From a virus, in IMG/VR virus record IMGVR_UViG_3300036820_000002, positions 1-64,000 of that record: 64,000 bases of DNA; one strand, written 5' to 3'. The notes beneath the pieces are model-generated. The model was not told the DNA's origin. It made no database searches and saw only the letters and a list, made by a program, of their open reading frames with translations. Of the stretch, positions 10,001 through 18,974 are shown one piece after another. Both the position numbers and the translations under genes were made by a program. Every line of letters begins with the position of its first letter. Position 1 is the first letter of the stretch.

Positions 10001-10360
10001 GTGAACAGCTGGTACCACGCGCAGTCCGCCGCGCATAAATGGGGCGGAAACCCGGAACAGTTCATCGAACTGGAGGAGTTCATCGACTCCAGCAAGAAAA
10101 TCATCGGGGACGTGCGGCACCGCTCCCTCTACCACCACACCGAGGGGGTGTGGCTGTGCCAGCGGATCTTCGGGCGCACCCTCCTCATCGGGCACACGCA
10201 CGTTCCCGTCCGTCTCATCGCTGAGCGTCACATCCTGGAAGACCTCGGCTGGCTGCCCTCACCCGCCGACTACATCGCGGGGATGCCCATCGCGCCGTGG
10301 ATGGGCGGCAAGCAGGAACGCACCGCAGAACTGTCCGTCCTGAACCTGGAGAAGAAATGA
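10001..10360 (+). CDS. DUF6915-like protein
   Basis: HAQSAAHKWGG...DSSK...DVRHRSLYHH...IAERHILEDLG. Confidence 0.75.
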   Translation: MNSWYHAQSAAHKWGGNPEQFIELEEFIDSSKKIIGDVRHRSLYHHTEGVWLCQRIFGRTLLIGHTHVPVRLIAERHILEDLGWLPSPADYIAGMPIAPWMGGKQERTAELSVLNLEKK

Positions 10361-10878
10361 CAGCACAGCGTAATTTCCTCGGGATCCCCGTCGAGGGAGA
10401 GATCACCCGGCCCGAACGCCGGTCCCGCCAGCGCCCGCTGGAGGAGTTTGCGCCGCTGCTGCAGGCGGTGCTGGACAGCGAGCTGGTCACCGAGTTCGGC
10501 TGGGCGCAGTACACCCCCTACTTCATGGACGGCGACCCCTGCATCTTCGGGGCCAGCACCGTGTGGGTGCGCACCACCTCCGATACCGGGGGGACGGGGA
10601 CTTTCGGCGACTACGACGATGACATGTACACGCTGGAGGTCCTCCAGTCCGGCGGTCACCCTACCCTGGGCCTGGCCCGGTGGAATGGGGTGACCCGCGC
10701 CTATGATGAGGTGGAACGCAGCCCGGAGATCACCGGGCTGTCCCGGCAGTGCACGGAGCTGGCTAAGGCCATCGACGGCGGTTCTTTCGACGACGTGCTG
10801 CTGGACGCGTTCGGGGACCACGCGGAGATCACCGTGCGGCGGGACGGGATCACCATTGCCAGCTACTCTCATGACTGA
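10357..10878 (+). CDS. hypothetical protein
   Basis: WAQYTPYFMDGDPCIF...FGDHAEITV. Confidence 0.7.
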   Translation: MTAQRNFLGIPVEGEITRPERRSRQRPLEEFAPLLQAVLDSELVTEFGWAQYTPYFMDGDPCIFGASTVWVRTTSDTGGTGTFGDYDDDMYTLEVLQSGGHPTLGLARWNGVTRAYDEVERSPEITGLSRQCTELAKAIDGGSFDDVLLDAFGDHAEITVRRDGITIASYSHD

Positions 10879-11101
10879 CAGGCCTGTCTATGAGGCTGTA
10901 ACCTGGCCGGAAGAGGACTGGTGGCTGGTGAGGGTGACCGGCGTCAGCGCCGGGGGCGACCCTGTGCCCGTCGGGTACCTCACCCAGGCAAAGAGCCTGA
11001 CAGATACCGAGCCCATGGTCCTGGACCTGATCGCGTGCGTTCTCGATGCTGATGACGCGGCAGGTTTCGACGTGACAATAAGACAGGCGGCGCAGGAGTG
11101 A
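10871..11101 (+). CDS. HicB-like small protein
   Basis: WWLVRV...TQAKSLTDTEPMVLDLIA. Confidence 0.45.
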   Translation: MTDRPVYEAVTWPEEDWWLVRVTGVSAGGDPVPVGYLTQAKSLTDTEPMVLDLIACVLDADDAAGFDVTIRQAAQE

Positions 11102-11108
11102 CCGGCAG

Positions 11109-11405
11109 GTGATAACCCCTACCGAAGACGGCGTGATCATCGACTGCGGCGGCCTGTACCAGACCTGGGGCTGCGGCTGTGACCGCTGCTTGCCCCGCGA
11201 GCACCCGCTGGACCGGGGCGCGCGGTTCACCTGTGATCAGCTCCGGCGGTGGAAGCAGGAGTCTGAAGCCATCGGGTACGCGATCACGCGCAGGTGCATC
11301 ACCTGCCAGGGTGGTGCCCGCCTCTATGCGGGGGGATGGTTCTGTGATGAGCATTCCCCGGGGCAGACGTGCATTATCGCGACAGCAGGAGGGCTGTGCT
11401 CATGA
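11109..11405 (+). CDS. Cys-rich hypothetical protein
   Basis: CITCQGGARLYAGGWFCDEHSP. Confidence 0.5.
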   Translation: MITPTEDGVIIDCGGLYQTWGCGCDRCLPREHPLDRGARFTCDQLRRWKQESEAIGYAITRRCITCQGGARLYAGGWFCDEHSPGQTCIIATAGGLCS

Positions 11406-11827
11406 CGTTCCGTATCCTGGTCACCGGCAGCAGGAAATGGGCTGACCCTGCCCGGGTTGCTCATGAGCTGTCCGCAGCTGCCGGTGACCAGAAGGCTGTG
11501 GCGGTAATTCACGGGGCCTGCCGGACCGGGGCGGACGTGCTGGCGGAAGTGGCGGCTCGTGGGCTCGGGTTCAGGACCGAACCTCATCCAGCCCGCTGGG
11601 GCGGCCCGTGCCGTCCGGCGTGCCCGCCGGGGCACCGTCATCAGCGGGTATGGCAAGGTGCCTGGTACTGCCCGTCCGCTGGGCTGTACCGTAACCAGGA
11701 GATGGTTGATGCCGGGGCTGATATCTGCCTGGCCTTTTTCTGGCCGGGTGCCGCGAACCTCGGTACCACCGACTGCGCCCGCCGTGCACGGGCAGCGGGG
11801 ATACCGGTGACGGACGTGAGGCCCTGA
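11402..11827 (+). CDS. SLOG family (DUF2493/YspA-like) protein
   Basis: RILVTGSRKW, IHGACRTGAD, AGLYRNQEMV, GTTDCARRARAAGIPV. Confidence 0.88.
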   Translation: MTFRILVTGSRKWADPARVAHELSAAAGDQKAVAVIHGACRTGADVLAEVAARGLGFRTEPHPARWGGPCRPACPPGHRHQRVWQGAWYCPSAGLYRNQEMVDAGADICLAFFWPGAANLGTTDCARRARAAGIPVTDVRP

Positions 11828-12105
11828 TGGCCAGGATGCTAGGTACGAACCGGGAGGCCGGATGTGGCCTCGGGAGATGTTACTACTGCCAGCGCGGGGA
11901 TGAGACCCGGCGGACCAAGCGCATTGAGGAGCGGCGGTGGCGCCGGGAGCTCGCTGATGAGATGACGCTGCTGCTGACGGAGGCGGCGCAGGTACGTGAT
12001 GGTTATGGTCCGCTGATGAGCGCGGTCTGCCTGCTGACCGGGTTCACCCCGGAGCGGGTCAATGAGCTCGGCGGGACAGGGGAACAGAATGGCGAAGAAA
12101 CCTAA
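11827..12105 (+). CDS. hypothetical protein
   Basis: ORF between SLOG gene and effector, overlapping both. Confidence 0.5.
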   Translation: MARMLGTNREAGCGLGRCYYCQRGDETRRTKRIEERRWRRELADEMTLLLTEAAQVRDGYGPLMSAVCLLTGFTPERVNELGGTGEQNGEET

Positions 12106-13621
12106 GCTTCCGTACCGGCGTGCCCAGACCTATGCCGCCGACCTGACCCCGGAACAGGAACAGGCTTTCGATGTGCTGGCGGCCGGGGTCCGCTGGGCCT
12201 GGAATCAGTGGTCCGCCTCCCAGGGTGCTCTCTGGAAAGCCCACGAGCTGCTGGAGACAACCTCTGAGCTGGGGAAGAAGATTACCGCCGCCCGTCAAGG
12301 TCATGAAATGTTCCGGTATTACACCACCAGCTGCTTGTTTACCGAGCATTCCTTTGCTGAGATTCCCCATACTTGTCTTTCTAGTGCCCTCCGCCAGTTC
12401 ACTGACGCATGGACACGTCATTTCAAGGCGCTGAAGACCGGGGCGCCCTCCTCGCCGCCTGGATTCCGCAGCTGGAAAGGCCCGCAGTCCCTGTACTGGG
12501 AGGTACAGCAGGACGATCATTCGTGTTCGCCGGGAGACGTGCTGCCCATCACGAGAGGTTCCGCCGTCCGCAGCACTCCGCATACGGCGATGCTACGGGT
12601 ACCTACCGCGCTTGGTTCTGCGATCTGCATCGGGAAGGTCAGTGTTCGCCTGCACCGGCTGCTGCCCGATGACGCCCGGGTGAATTTCGCCGTCCTGCGC
12701 CGGGATAAGATCGGGCGCTATGCGGTGACTGTCCAGTACCAGACAGCAACGGTGCGGCAGGGTGCCGCCACCGGCCTGACCGGGGTTGACCGAGGGAGTG
12801 TGGTCACAGCAGCCACTAGCTCGGGGGAGTTTTACAATGCTCCCGGCCTGACTCCCGGTCAGCTCAAACGTAAGCTCAGGCTGGAGCAGGGACTAGCTCA
12901 TAAGCGTCTAGCGAATAAGTGCATCCACGACGAGGAGATCACCGTCGGCGGTAAGATCTGGGTGAAGAGAGGCGACTGCCCTGAACCCGGTGACCCTGGC
13001 CACGACTGCCGGTGCTGGAAACATACCCGCAGCTATAAAGACCAGCAGCTTGCCTTGGCTAAGCTGTCCGTCCGTGAGCAGCGGATGCGCAAGGCAGTCT
13101 CGCACATGGCTTCCCGCGCGCTTGCTGACAGGTATGCCGTCGTGGTCATGGAAGACCTGAAGCTGTCTGCTATGACCAGGAGGGCGCACGGTCCCGGGTC
13201 GGCCGGCAAGACGGGGCGGAACCGGGAGATGCGGGCCGCGAGTTTGTACCAGCTGCAGAAACTCACTGAGTACAAGACGACGGTCGTGTATGTTCCGCCC
13301 CCCTATACCAGTCAGACCTGCCCCGCCTGCGGGCACGTGGACAAGAAAAACCGCGACGAACAGGTGTTCTGCTGCACGTCTTGTGGCCTGTCGGGTCATG
13401 CTGACGTCATCGCTGCCCGTAACATCGAGAACCTCTACGAGCGTCCCGGTGATGACTCAGATCCCGGGGGTCGCTCGCACGCAGGTCAGGATAGGGAAAT
13501 CGTACGTACGCTCGGGGAAAACCTTATCCCGGCGGCATGGGGGAGACCTGTCGCTCGCACGAGGCGACGTAAGGCCTGGTCAAAGCGGGTAAAAAAGCCG
13601 AGCCCTGGTGATAGTCTCTGA
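12089..13621 (+). CDS. compact type V CRISPR effector (TnpB/Cas12f/Cas12n-like RuvC nuclease, about 510 aa)
   Basis: RuvC-I GVDRG, RuvC-II VVMEDL, Zn ribbon YTSQTCPACG...CTSCG, RuvC-III HADVIAARNI; directly abuts CRISPR array; no tnpA. Confidence 0.9.
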   Translation: MAKKPKLPYRRAQTYAADLTPEQEQAFDVLAAGVRWAWNQWSASQGALWKAHELLETTSELGKKITAARQGHEMFRYYTTSCLFTEHSFAEIPHTCLSSALRQFTDAWTRHFKALKTGAPSSPPGFRSWKGPQSLYWEVQQDDHSCSPGDVLPITRGSAVRSTPHTAMLRVPTALGSAICIGKVSVRLHRLLPDDARVNFAVLRRDKIGRYAVTVQYQTATVRQGAATGLTGVDRGSVVTAATSSGEFYNAPGLTPGQLKRKLRLEQGLAHKRLANKCIHDEEITVGGKIWVKRGDCPEPGDPGHDCRCWKHTRSYKDQQLALAKLSVREQRMRKAVSHMASRALADRYAVVVMEDLKLSAMTRRAHGPGSAGKTGRNREMRAASLYQLQKLTEYKTTVVYVPPPYTSQTCPACGHVDKKNRDEQVFCCTSCGLSGHADVIAARNIENLYERPGDDSDPGGRSHAGQDREIVRTLGENLIPAAWGRPVARTRRRKAWSKRVKKPSPGDSL

Positions 13622-14506
13622 TCAGAGAATGAATTGCGACTAACCATTCCGCTCGCGACCCGCGTCAACAGGTCAGCTGGTGATAGTCTCTGATCAGAGA
13701 ATGAATTGCGACATCGATGACAAGCTCGGCCGCGAGAACTTCGGCCGGCTGGTGATAGTCTCTGATCAGAGAATGAATTGCGACTCATGGCAGCCATGCG
13801 ACATCTGCGGCGGCAACCTCCTGGTGATAGTCTCTGATCAGAGAATGAATTGCGACACCCCGATGCTCGTATTGGCCTCATGCCTAATGTGGCTGGTGAT
13901 AGTCTCTGAGCAGAGAATGAATTGCGACATCACGTACCTGATGACCTCGTTGTCCCCCCGGTGGTGGTGATAGTCTCTGAGCGGAGAATGAATTGCGACG
14001 CCGACTCCTGGTCCCCAGTGCTCACGCGTGCCCAGCCTGGTGATAGTCTCTGATCAGGGAATGAATTGCGACCCGAACGCCAAGGTCAGCAACCACAACA
14101 CTTACACCTAGTGATAGTCTCTGAGCAGAGAATGGATTGCGACACGAAAGCTCCCGTCTGCTCGCCGGTTTTGCCACACCTGGTGATAGTCTCTGACCAG
14201 AGAAATGAATTGCGACTTGAATCTGCGGTCCCGGCGCAACCAAGCCTGTTCCAGCTGGTGATAGTCTCTGATCAGGGAATGAATTGCGACACATCCAGAA
14301 GCCGTAGTGGAGAGCGGATCAGGCCGCTGGTGATAGTCTCTGAGCGGAGAATGAATTGCGACGGGGACATGCTGCTGTGCGAGAGCGCGGTGCCGCCTAG
14401 TGATAGTCTCTGACTAGAGAATGAATTGCGACGCCGTAACTCCCGTGATGATCGTTGGGGCAGTTGCGGGCTGGTGACAGTTTCTGACCAGAGAATGCAA
14501 TAATAA
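13605..14506 (+). CRISPR. CRISPR array, 13 repeats (last degenerate), 12 spacers of 34-38 bp
   Basis: 36-bp repeat CTGGTGATAGTCTCTGATCAGAGAATGAATTGCGAC starting at 13605, 13677, 13749, 13821, 13893, 13964, 14037, 14108, 14180, 14255, 14327, 14397, 14471. Confidence 0.98.
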
Positions 14507-14524
14507 TATGATTTAGGTAAATGA

Positions 14525-14655
14525 TAAGCAGTACCGCCGGGGCGCAACCGGTGTTAGCTACGGGTATGCCTGTCATGCAGGGGCCGCCCAGGAATCATTC
14601 TCTGTATTCTGCATGAAGAACCCCCCCGCCCTGGAAATGGGCGGGGGGGTTCTTT
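14525..14655 (+). ncRNA. candidate tracrRNA
   Basis: TCATTCTCTG (14595-14604) complementary to repeat CAGAGAATGA; loop CGCAA (14543-14547) complementary to repeat TTGCG; ends at terminator. Confidence 0.45.
14616..14654. terminator. intrinsic terminator between convergent units
   Basis: AAGAACCCCCCCGCCC/GGGCGGGGGGGTTCTT inverted repeat. Confidence 0.8.
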
Positions 14656-14662
14656 GCTTGCC

Positions 14663-15220
14663 TTACGGGGCCGGAATCAGCTCGGTGACGGGACGCCAGG
14701 TGCCGGTGACGATCCACAGCTGGGTTAGCGTGTGGCTGCGCAGCGGCTTCCACAGGGCGGGGCCGGGGATCTTCTTCGCGTCGGCGGACAGGGTCTCCCC
14801 GTTCAGCAGCCGGATCCGCCACTGGCTGGCGGTGGCGTTGTAGAAGGTTACCGCCGTCAGCGGCTCTTTCAGGATGACGGCGGTACTGTCCAGCTTGGTG
14901 GACAGGTACAGCAGCCGGTGCTTGCCGGTCTCCTCGTCTTCGGGGACCACGATCGTGCCGGGGGAGGCGTCCAGTCGGGTCAGCGCCCACAGCTGCCCGT
15001 AGGCTGCCGGGTTCTCCTGATGGCATTCCTGGACCGTGATTTCCTCTTCCTCCTTCCTGCTCCCGGCGGTCAGGCACCCGTGACTGCCTGCCAGCCGCAT
15101 CATGGTGATCAGCTGGTAGCCGTCGACCGGCGATCCCTTAGGTGCCGCCTGCGCAGGCATCGTGAAAGCGCAGAGCGCTGCCGCTGACAGCAGCGCTCCT
15201 GCCAGTACTGTCTTCTTCAT
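14663..15220 (-). CDS. secreted ricin-B lectin-like protein
   Basis: Signal peptide MKKTVLAGALLSAAAL...AQA; GCLTAG...VQEC...GQLW, TQLW. Confidence 0.65.
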   Translation of the reverse strand: MKKTVLAGALLSAAALCAFTMPAQAAPKGSPVDGYQLITMMRLAGSHGCLTAGSRKEEEEITVQECHQENPAAYGQLWALTRLDASPGTIVVPEDEETGKHRLLYLSTKLDSTAVILKEPLTAVTFYNATASQWRIRLLNGETLSADAKKIPGPALWKPLRSHTLTQLWIVTGTWRPVTELIPAP

Positions 15221-15447
15221 TCCGTTTCCTCTTCCTTTACTTCCTGCTCCGGCGGCAGCAGGGTGGCTGCCGCCGCGCCGATGATGATGCTCATGTCGCC
15301 GTCCAGCTGTCCGCAGTCGCCGAACACCTGGCACAGTGATTCGATGAGGTCTGTCTCAGTGTCAGATGCCGTTTCGCCGAGGAGGGCGGCAGCCTTCTCG
15401 AATTCCCAGGTCCGGATCGCTTCCTTGCATACCTCAGAGAGAGCCAT
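15217..15447 (-). CDS. hypothetical protein
   Basis: Coupled acidic ORF. Confidence 0.5.
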   Translation of the reverse strand: MALSEVCKEAIRTWEFEKAAALLGETASDTETDLIESLCQVFGDCGQLDGDMSIIIGAAAATLLPPEQEVKEEETE

Positions 15448-15632
15448 GGCCAGAGCGTACCGCGCCGGGGCAGGTACCGGGGCCGCAGCCGCCGAAGGTC
15501 TCCGCGAAGCTCATCAGCACCGTGCACATGACGCAGGCCCAGTCCCCGGGGGCCAGTTTCTCCCCCCGCTTCTGCCCCGCCGGGTCCACCCGGATGTGCG
15601 GGCCGTAGGCGAACAGGTGGATCATCGCCGCA

Positions 15633-16043
15633 TCATGTTCCCGGGAAGCTGGAGTACGGGGACCGGGAGAAGGCGGTGGAGGCGGGATGCGCGGTAACGG
15701 TCTCTGTCACCAGGGGCTGTCCCCAGAGTGGGTACCGGGGAATGGCCTTGAGCTGCTCTTCCAGTTCCTTTACCCGTTCCTGCAGGGCGGTGATGACCGG
15801 GTCCTGCGGTGCGTCCGGACACAGGCCGCCGTGGCCCCCTGATCCCGTCTGGCCGCAGTACCGGCAGGCCCCGTCACCGAATCCGCTGGCATCAGTTTCA
15901 GTGACGGGATCGTTGTCGGGGCCCCCCTTGCCGATGCGGATGCCTAGCGCCTCCAGGATGGCTATCTGCGCAGGTGCAGGAAGTTTGTGCTCAGTCATGA
16001 TTCCGGCCGCTTCCCGGACGATGTCTCTGGCTGTTCTGCTCAT
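15633..16043 (-). CDS. hypothetical protein (likely leaderless)
   Basis: TACAAT 6 nt upstream of ATG; CRYCG...HGGLCP. Confidence 0.5.
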   Translation of the reverse strand: MSRTARDIVREAAGIMTEHKLPAPAQIAILEALGIRIGKGGPDNDPVTETDASGFGDGACRYCGQTGSGGHGGLCPDAPQDPVITALQERVKELEEQLKAIPRYPLWGQPLVTETVTAHPASTAFSRSPYSSFPGT

Positions 16044-16080
16044 CCCCTGATTGTAGTCCAGGGTATTTTCCTTGTTCCGG

Positions 16081-16109
16081 TTGACGGAGTCCGGGTTGCT
16101 CAGTATGTT
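16081..16109 (+). promoter_or_regulatory. SigA-type promoter for leaderless mRNA
   Basis: TTGACG-17bp-TATGTT, ATG 7 nt downstream. Confidence 0.65.
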
Positions 16110-16116
16110 TACCTTC

Positions 16117-16644
16117 ATGTTCAAGACCTTCAGCAAGTTCGCGATGATCGTCGGCCTCGCGATGGGCGCTACCCTGTCCGTCGGTGCGATGGCTGCCCAC
16201 GCATCTCCGGTGCCGCAGGCCCCGCCTTCCTCCAGTCACTGTATTACTATGGGCACTGATAAGCTCGGCACTCCTGTTATTCCTGGCGGCGGCAGCAAGA
16301 ACTGCTGTCCCGCTGACCACGTCACTGAGGGCATCACCGGCCAGGATGGAAACCGGAACAGTCAGGATCAGAACGGTAACTGCAGCTGCCCCGGCAGCGT
16401 GAACACCGGCCCCCTTGTCACCTCGGATTATCAGGGCGCCCAGGCAGGTAACTGCGACCCCTGTCCCACCCCGCAGCCCTGCAACTGCCAGCCTCCCGTC
16501 AAGAACCCTTGCCCCGTGAGTCGGCCTGGCGGCAATGACCCGGGCAGTCACCACACCCCTTGCCCGCCGAAGCAGCCCAAGCCCTGTAAGTCGCACACTA
16601 CCCCGAAGGACCCGTGCGGGAACAGCCACAGCACCTGGAAGTAA
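16117..16644 (+). CDS. secreted Cys/Pro-rich protein
   Basis: Signal peptide ending AAHA; many Cys. Confidence 0.65.
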   Translation: MFKTFSKFAMIVGLAMGATLSVGAMAAHASPVPQAPPSSSHCITMGTDKLGTPVIPGGGSKNCCPADHVTEGITGQDGNRNSQDQNGNCSCPGSVNTGPLVTSDYQGAQAGNCDPCPTPQPCNCQPPVKNPCPVSRPGGNDPGSHHTPCPPKQPKPCKSHTTPKDPCGNSHSTWK

Positions 16645-16674
16645 CCGGAACGTTTTCATCCACTGACATCCTCT

Positions 16675-16707
16675 GAACCCCCTGGCGAGTGCACCGCCAG
16701 GGGGTTC
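16675..16707. terminator. terminator hairpin
   Basis: GAACCCCCTGGCG/CGCCAGGGGGTTC between convergent genes. Confidence 0.7.
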
Positions 16708-16726
16708 TTCCCTGTTCAGCCGCAGG

Positions 16727-17833
16727 TCAGAACGGGCACTGGTTCACCGGGCGCGGGATCAGCCGCTCCCGGTTGCGGCGGGCCAGGATCGCGGCCTGCA
16801 GCTGACTGGTCCGGACCATGCTCACCCCGTTGTCCCGCAGGATCTTCCTGGCCATGCTGACCCCGGCAGTAGCGGGCACGCTCAGCCGGTCCATCATCTC
16901 CGCGATTTCCCGGTACATCCGTTCCGGCATGTCGATCTGCACGAACCAGGTATGCTGCAGCGGCTCATAGGAGCGGGTCAGGGTCACCATCGTGCCGTAG
17001 GGGATGTGCCCGGCTCTGCTTTTCTGGCATTCCAGTAGGAAGGTGGCGTCATCATCGCTGCGGGACAGGCACCACAGCACGTCCAGGTCGCTCTCCTTGG
17101 CGCTGGAGCCGCGCTGCCCCCGGGTGGTGTCCTTCCCCGAGTGGTCCAGCCGCAGCACCGCGATGCCCAGCCGCTTCAGCCGGGTCAGCGAGCACCGGTA
17201 CAGCTGCAGGAAGGTATCCGCGTCATTCTCATTGCCCTTGATCATCCGGCTGACCGTGTCCAGCACGATCAGGTCCGGCTGGTCCGCCAGTGCTAGCGCC
17301 TGCAGGTGCTCCCCGCCTTCCTCGGTGTCCAGCGGCGGCAGCCCCTGGAAGTTGTAGATGCACAGCTTCTCCAGCTCCTGCCAGCTGGCCCCGAACGCGC
17401 GCATCCGGTCCACGATGTCGGTGAGCCGGTTCTCGTCGTCGACGTAGAGGACCGTCAGGCCCTGCCGGACCAGCTCCAGCGCGAGTTCCTGCACGATCAG
17501 GGATTTGCCCACCCCGGGCTGGCTGAACAGGCCAGCCAGGGAGCCTCGCTCGATGAAGTCGGGCTTCAGCCACTGGACGTCATCGGGTTCTTCCTTGTAC
17601 GCCGTCTCCCAGCTGACTTTCTGGTACCGGGCGTGGAGCGGCTCCGGGTCACCGGGCCAGCTTCCCTTCCGGGCCACCGCGTTCAGCACCGCCTGCCGGT
17701 GCAGCGGCCCCTCGGTGCCGCACTCGGGGCAGGCGCCGCCGGGTGCGAGCGGGATGGAGTAATGCCCGTTGCCTTCGGGTGAGCAGGCGCACATCAGCCC
17801 GCCCAGGCTTGCCACGATGTCCTGATCGCTCAC
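16727..17833 (-). CDS. RecA-like/AAA_25 ATPase (RepA-type helicase)
   Basis: Walker A SQPGVGKS, VLYVDDEN, LIVLDT, LDHSGKD...QRGSSAK. Confidence 0.85.
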   Translation of the reverse strand: MSDQDIVASLGGLMCACSPEGNGHYSIPLAPGGACPECGTEGPLHRQAVLNAVARKGSWPGDPEPLHARYQKVSWETAYKEEPDDVQWLKPDFIERGSLAGLFSQPGVGKSLIVQELALELVRQGLTVLYVDDENRLTDIVDRMRAFGASWQELEKLCIYNFQGLPPLDTEEGGEHLQALALADQPDLIVLDTVSRMIKGNENDADTFLQLYRCSLTRLKRLGIAVLRLDHSGKDTTRGQRGSSAKESDLDVLWCLSRSDDDATFLLECQKSRAGHIPYGTMVTLTRSYEPLQHTWFVQIDMPERMYREIAEMMDRLSVPATAGVSMARKILRDNGVSMVRTSQLQAAILARRNRERLIPRPVNQCPF

Positions 17834-18249
17834 TGGTTCCCCTCCAGTTCCTCGATCTCGATGACCAGCTGGCCTTTCTTCACCAGCTGTGGTTTCCCGG
17901 CGTGGGTGCCGGGGAGCAGGGTCAGGGAGGCGACCACCGCATCGTTGTCGTCGGGGAGCACCCCCGCGTCGGTGAACCCGTCGATACACGGCTTGGAGGA
18001 GGGGAAGGTGATGTTGGAGGAGTCGCGGCGCCTCCGGTCAGGAGGGAAATAGGACACACGGATAGCCACCTTCCGCAGCGGGGGGATCTGAGCCTGGCGG
18101 GCCAGCTGCGCAGAGAGCTCACGCAGCCGGGCAGTCACTGCCATTCGGGCGAACCGGTTCGCGGTGGAGACCGCGACTGCGCTGGAGCGCCCGTTGGCGG
18201 AGAGCAGCCGGATCCCCGCAGGGAACTCGACCCGGAATACTCTCCCCAC
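17830..18249 (-). CDS. RusA-like Holliday junction resolvase
   Basis: RRRDSSN...KPCIDGFTDAGVLPDDN. Confidence 0.8.
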   Translation of the reverse strand: MGRVFRVEFPAGIRLLSANGRSSAVAVSTANRFARMAVTARLRELSAQLARQAQIPPLRKVAIRVSYFPPDRRRRDSSNITFPSSKPCIDGFTDAGVLPDDNDAVVASLTLLPGTHAGKPQLVKKGQLVIEIEELEGNQ

Positions 18250-18257
18250 ACGCTCCT

Positions 18258-18600
18258 TCAGAAAAAGGGGGGGATCTCCTCCCTCAGCGACCCGTCATGG
18301 GATAGCCAGACGGCGATGGCCCCTGCCTGCAGGGGGATATCCTCCGGATCGTGACCGGAACGGATCAGGAACCCGCAGGCGCAGGACTCCTGCGGGCAGG
18401 CATGCACATGATCATGGCAGCTGCGGCACAGCGACACCAGGTTCGCCAGGCCAAGGCTGCGCAAAGAATCGCCGGTGCCGCCCATTCCCTTTGGGGAGGC
18501 GGTGGTGCACGTCGCAGGCAGCCTTGCGGCACCGCCGGCACAGCCCCTCATCCCGGGCCAGGGCGGCCTTCCTGGCGGCTTCCCAGGTCACTGCGCCCAC
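18258..18600 (-). pseudogene. HNH endonuclease interrupted by +1 frameshift
   Basis: RDEGLCRRC...HHRLPKG in one frame, MGG...NLVSLCRSCHDHVH in another; extra base at about 18486. Confidence 0.7.
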
Positions 18601-18974
18601 CGGGGCGTGCCGTAGCTCCGCAGCCGCATGCGGGCATCCTGGAGCCGCTGCGCCTCCTTCTCCCCTTCCAGTGCCTGCTGGACCTGCTGCCGCAGGCTGC
18701 TGGTGACGGCAGGCTTCTCCGCCTGGAGCGCCTCCTTTAGCAGGTAGGCCTCCAGCCCCCAGATCTGCCGCCTGGCGTCGGCGTAGGAGAGGTCGCGCCC
18801 CAGCTCCTCATCGAAGTTCCCCTCCGCCGCGCAGGCGGAGCTGCCGGTTACGCAGTAGCCGTTGCGCAGGGTCAGGCAGCACACCGTCACGGTGGTGCCC
18901 AGGAAGATGTGGTACTGCTCCTTCACGATCGCCCTGGCGACGTCATCGGCAGTTACTGACGGTCCTCTGCTCAT
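18588..18974 (-). CDS. phage Gp49-family protein
   Basis: TVCCLTLRNGYCVTGSSAC...NFDEELGRDLS...IWGLEAYLLKE. Confidence 0.85.
   Translation of the reverse strand: MSRGPSVTADDVARAIVKEQYHIFLGTTVTVCCLTLRNGYCVTGSSACAAEGNFDEELGRDLSYADARRQIWGLEAYLLKEALQAEKPAVTSSLRQQVQQALEGEKEAQRLQDARMRLRSYGTPRWAQ

Noticed and set aside
12089-13621. Plain IS605/IS607 TnpB transposon
   Set aside because: No tnpA or element ends seen; the gene is embedded in an operon and runs into a CRISPR array
13641-14470. Self-targeting by array spacers
   Set aside because: No full-length match noticed by eye within the window; needs a real search
13486-14547. ORFs listed across the CRISPR array
   Set aside because: Artefacts of translating repeats
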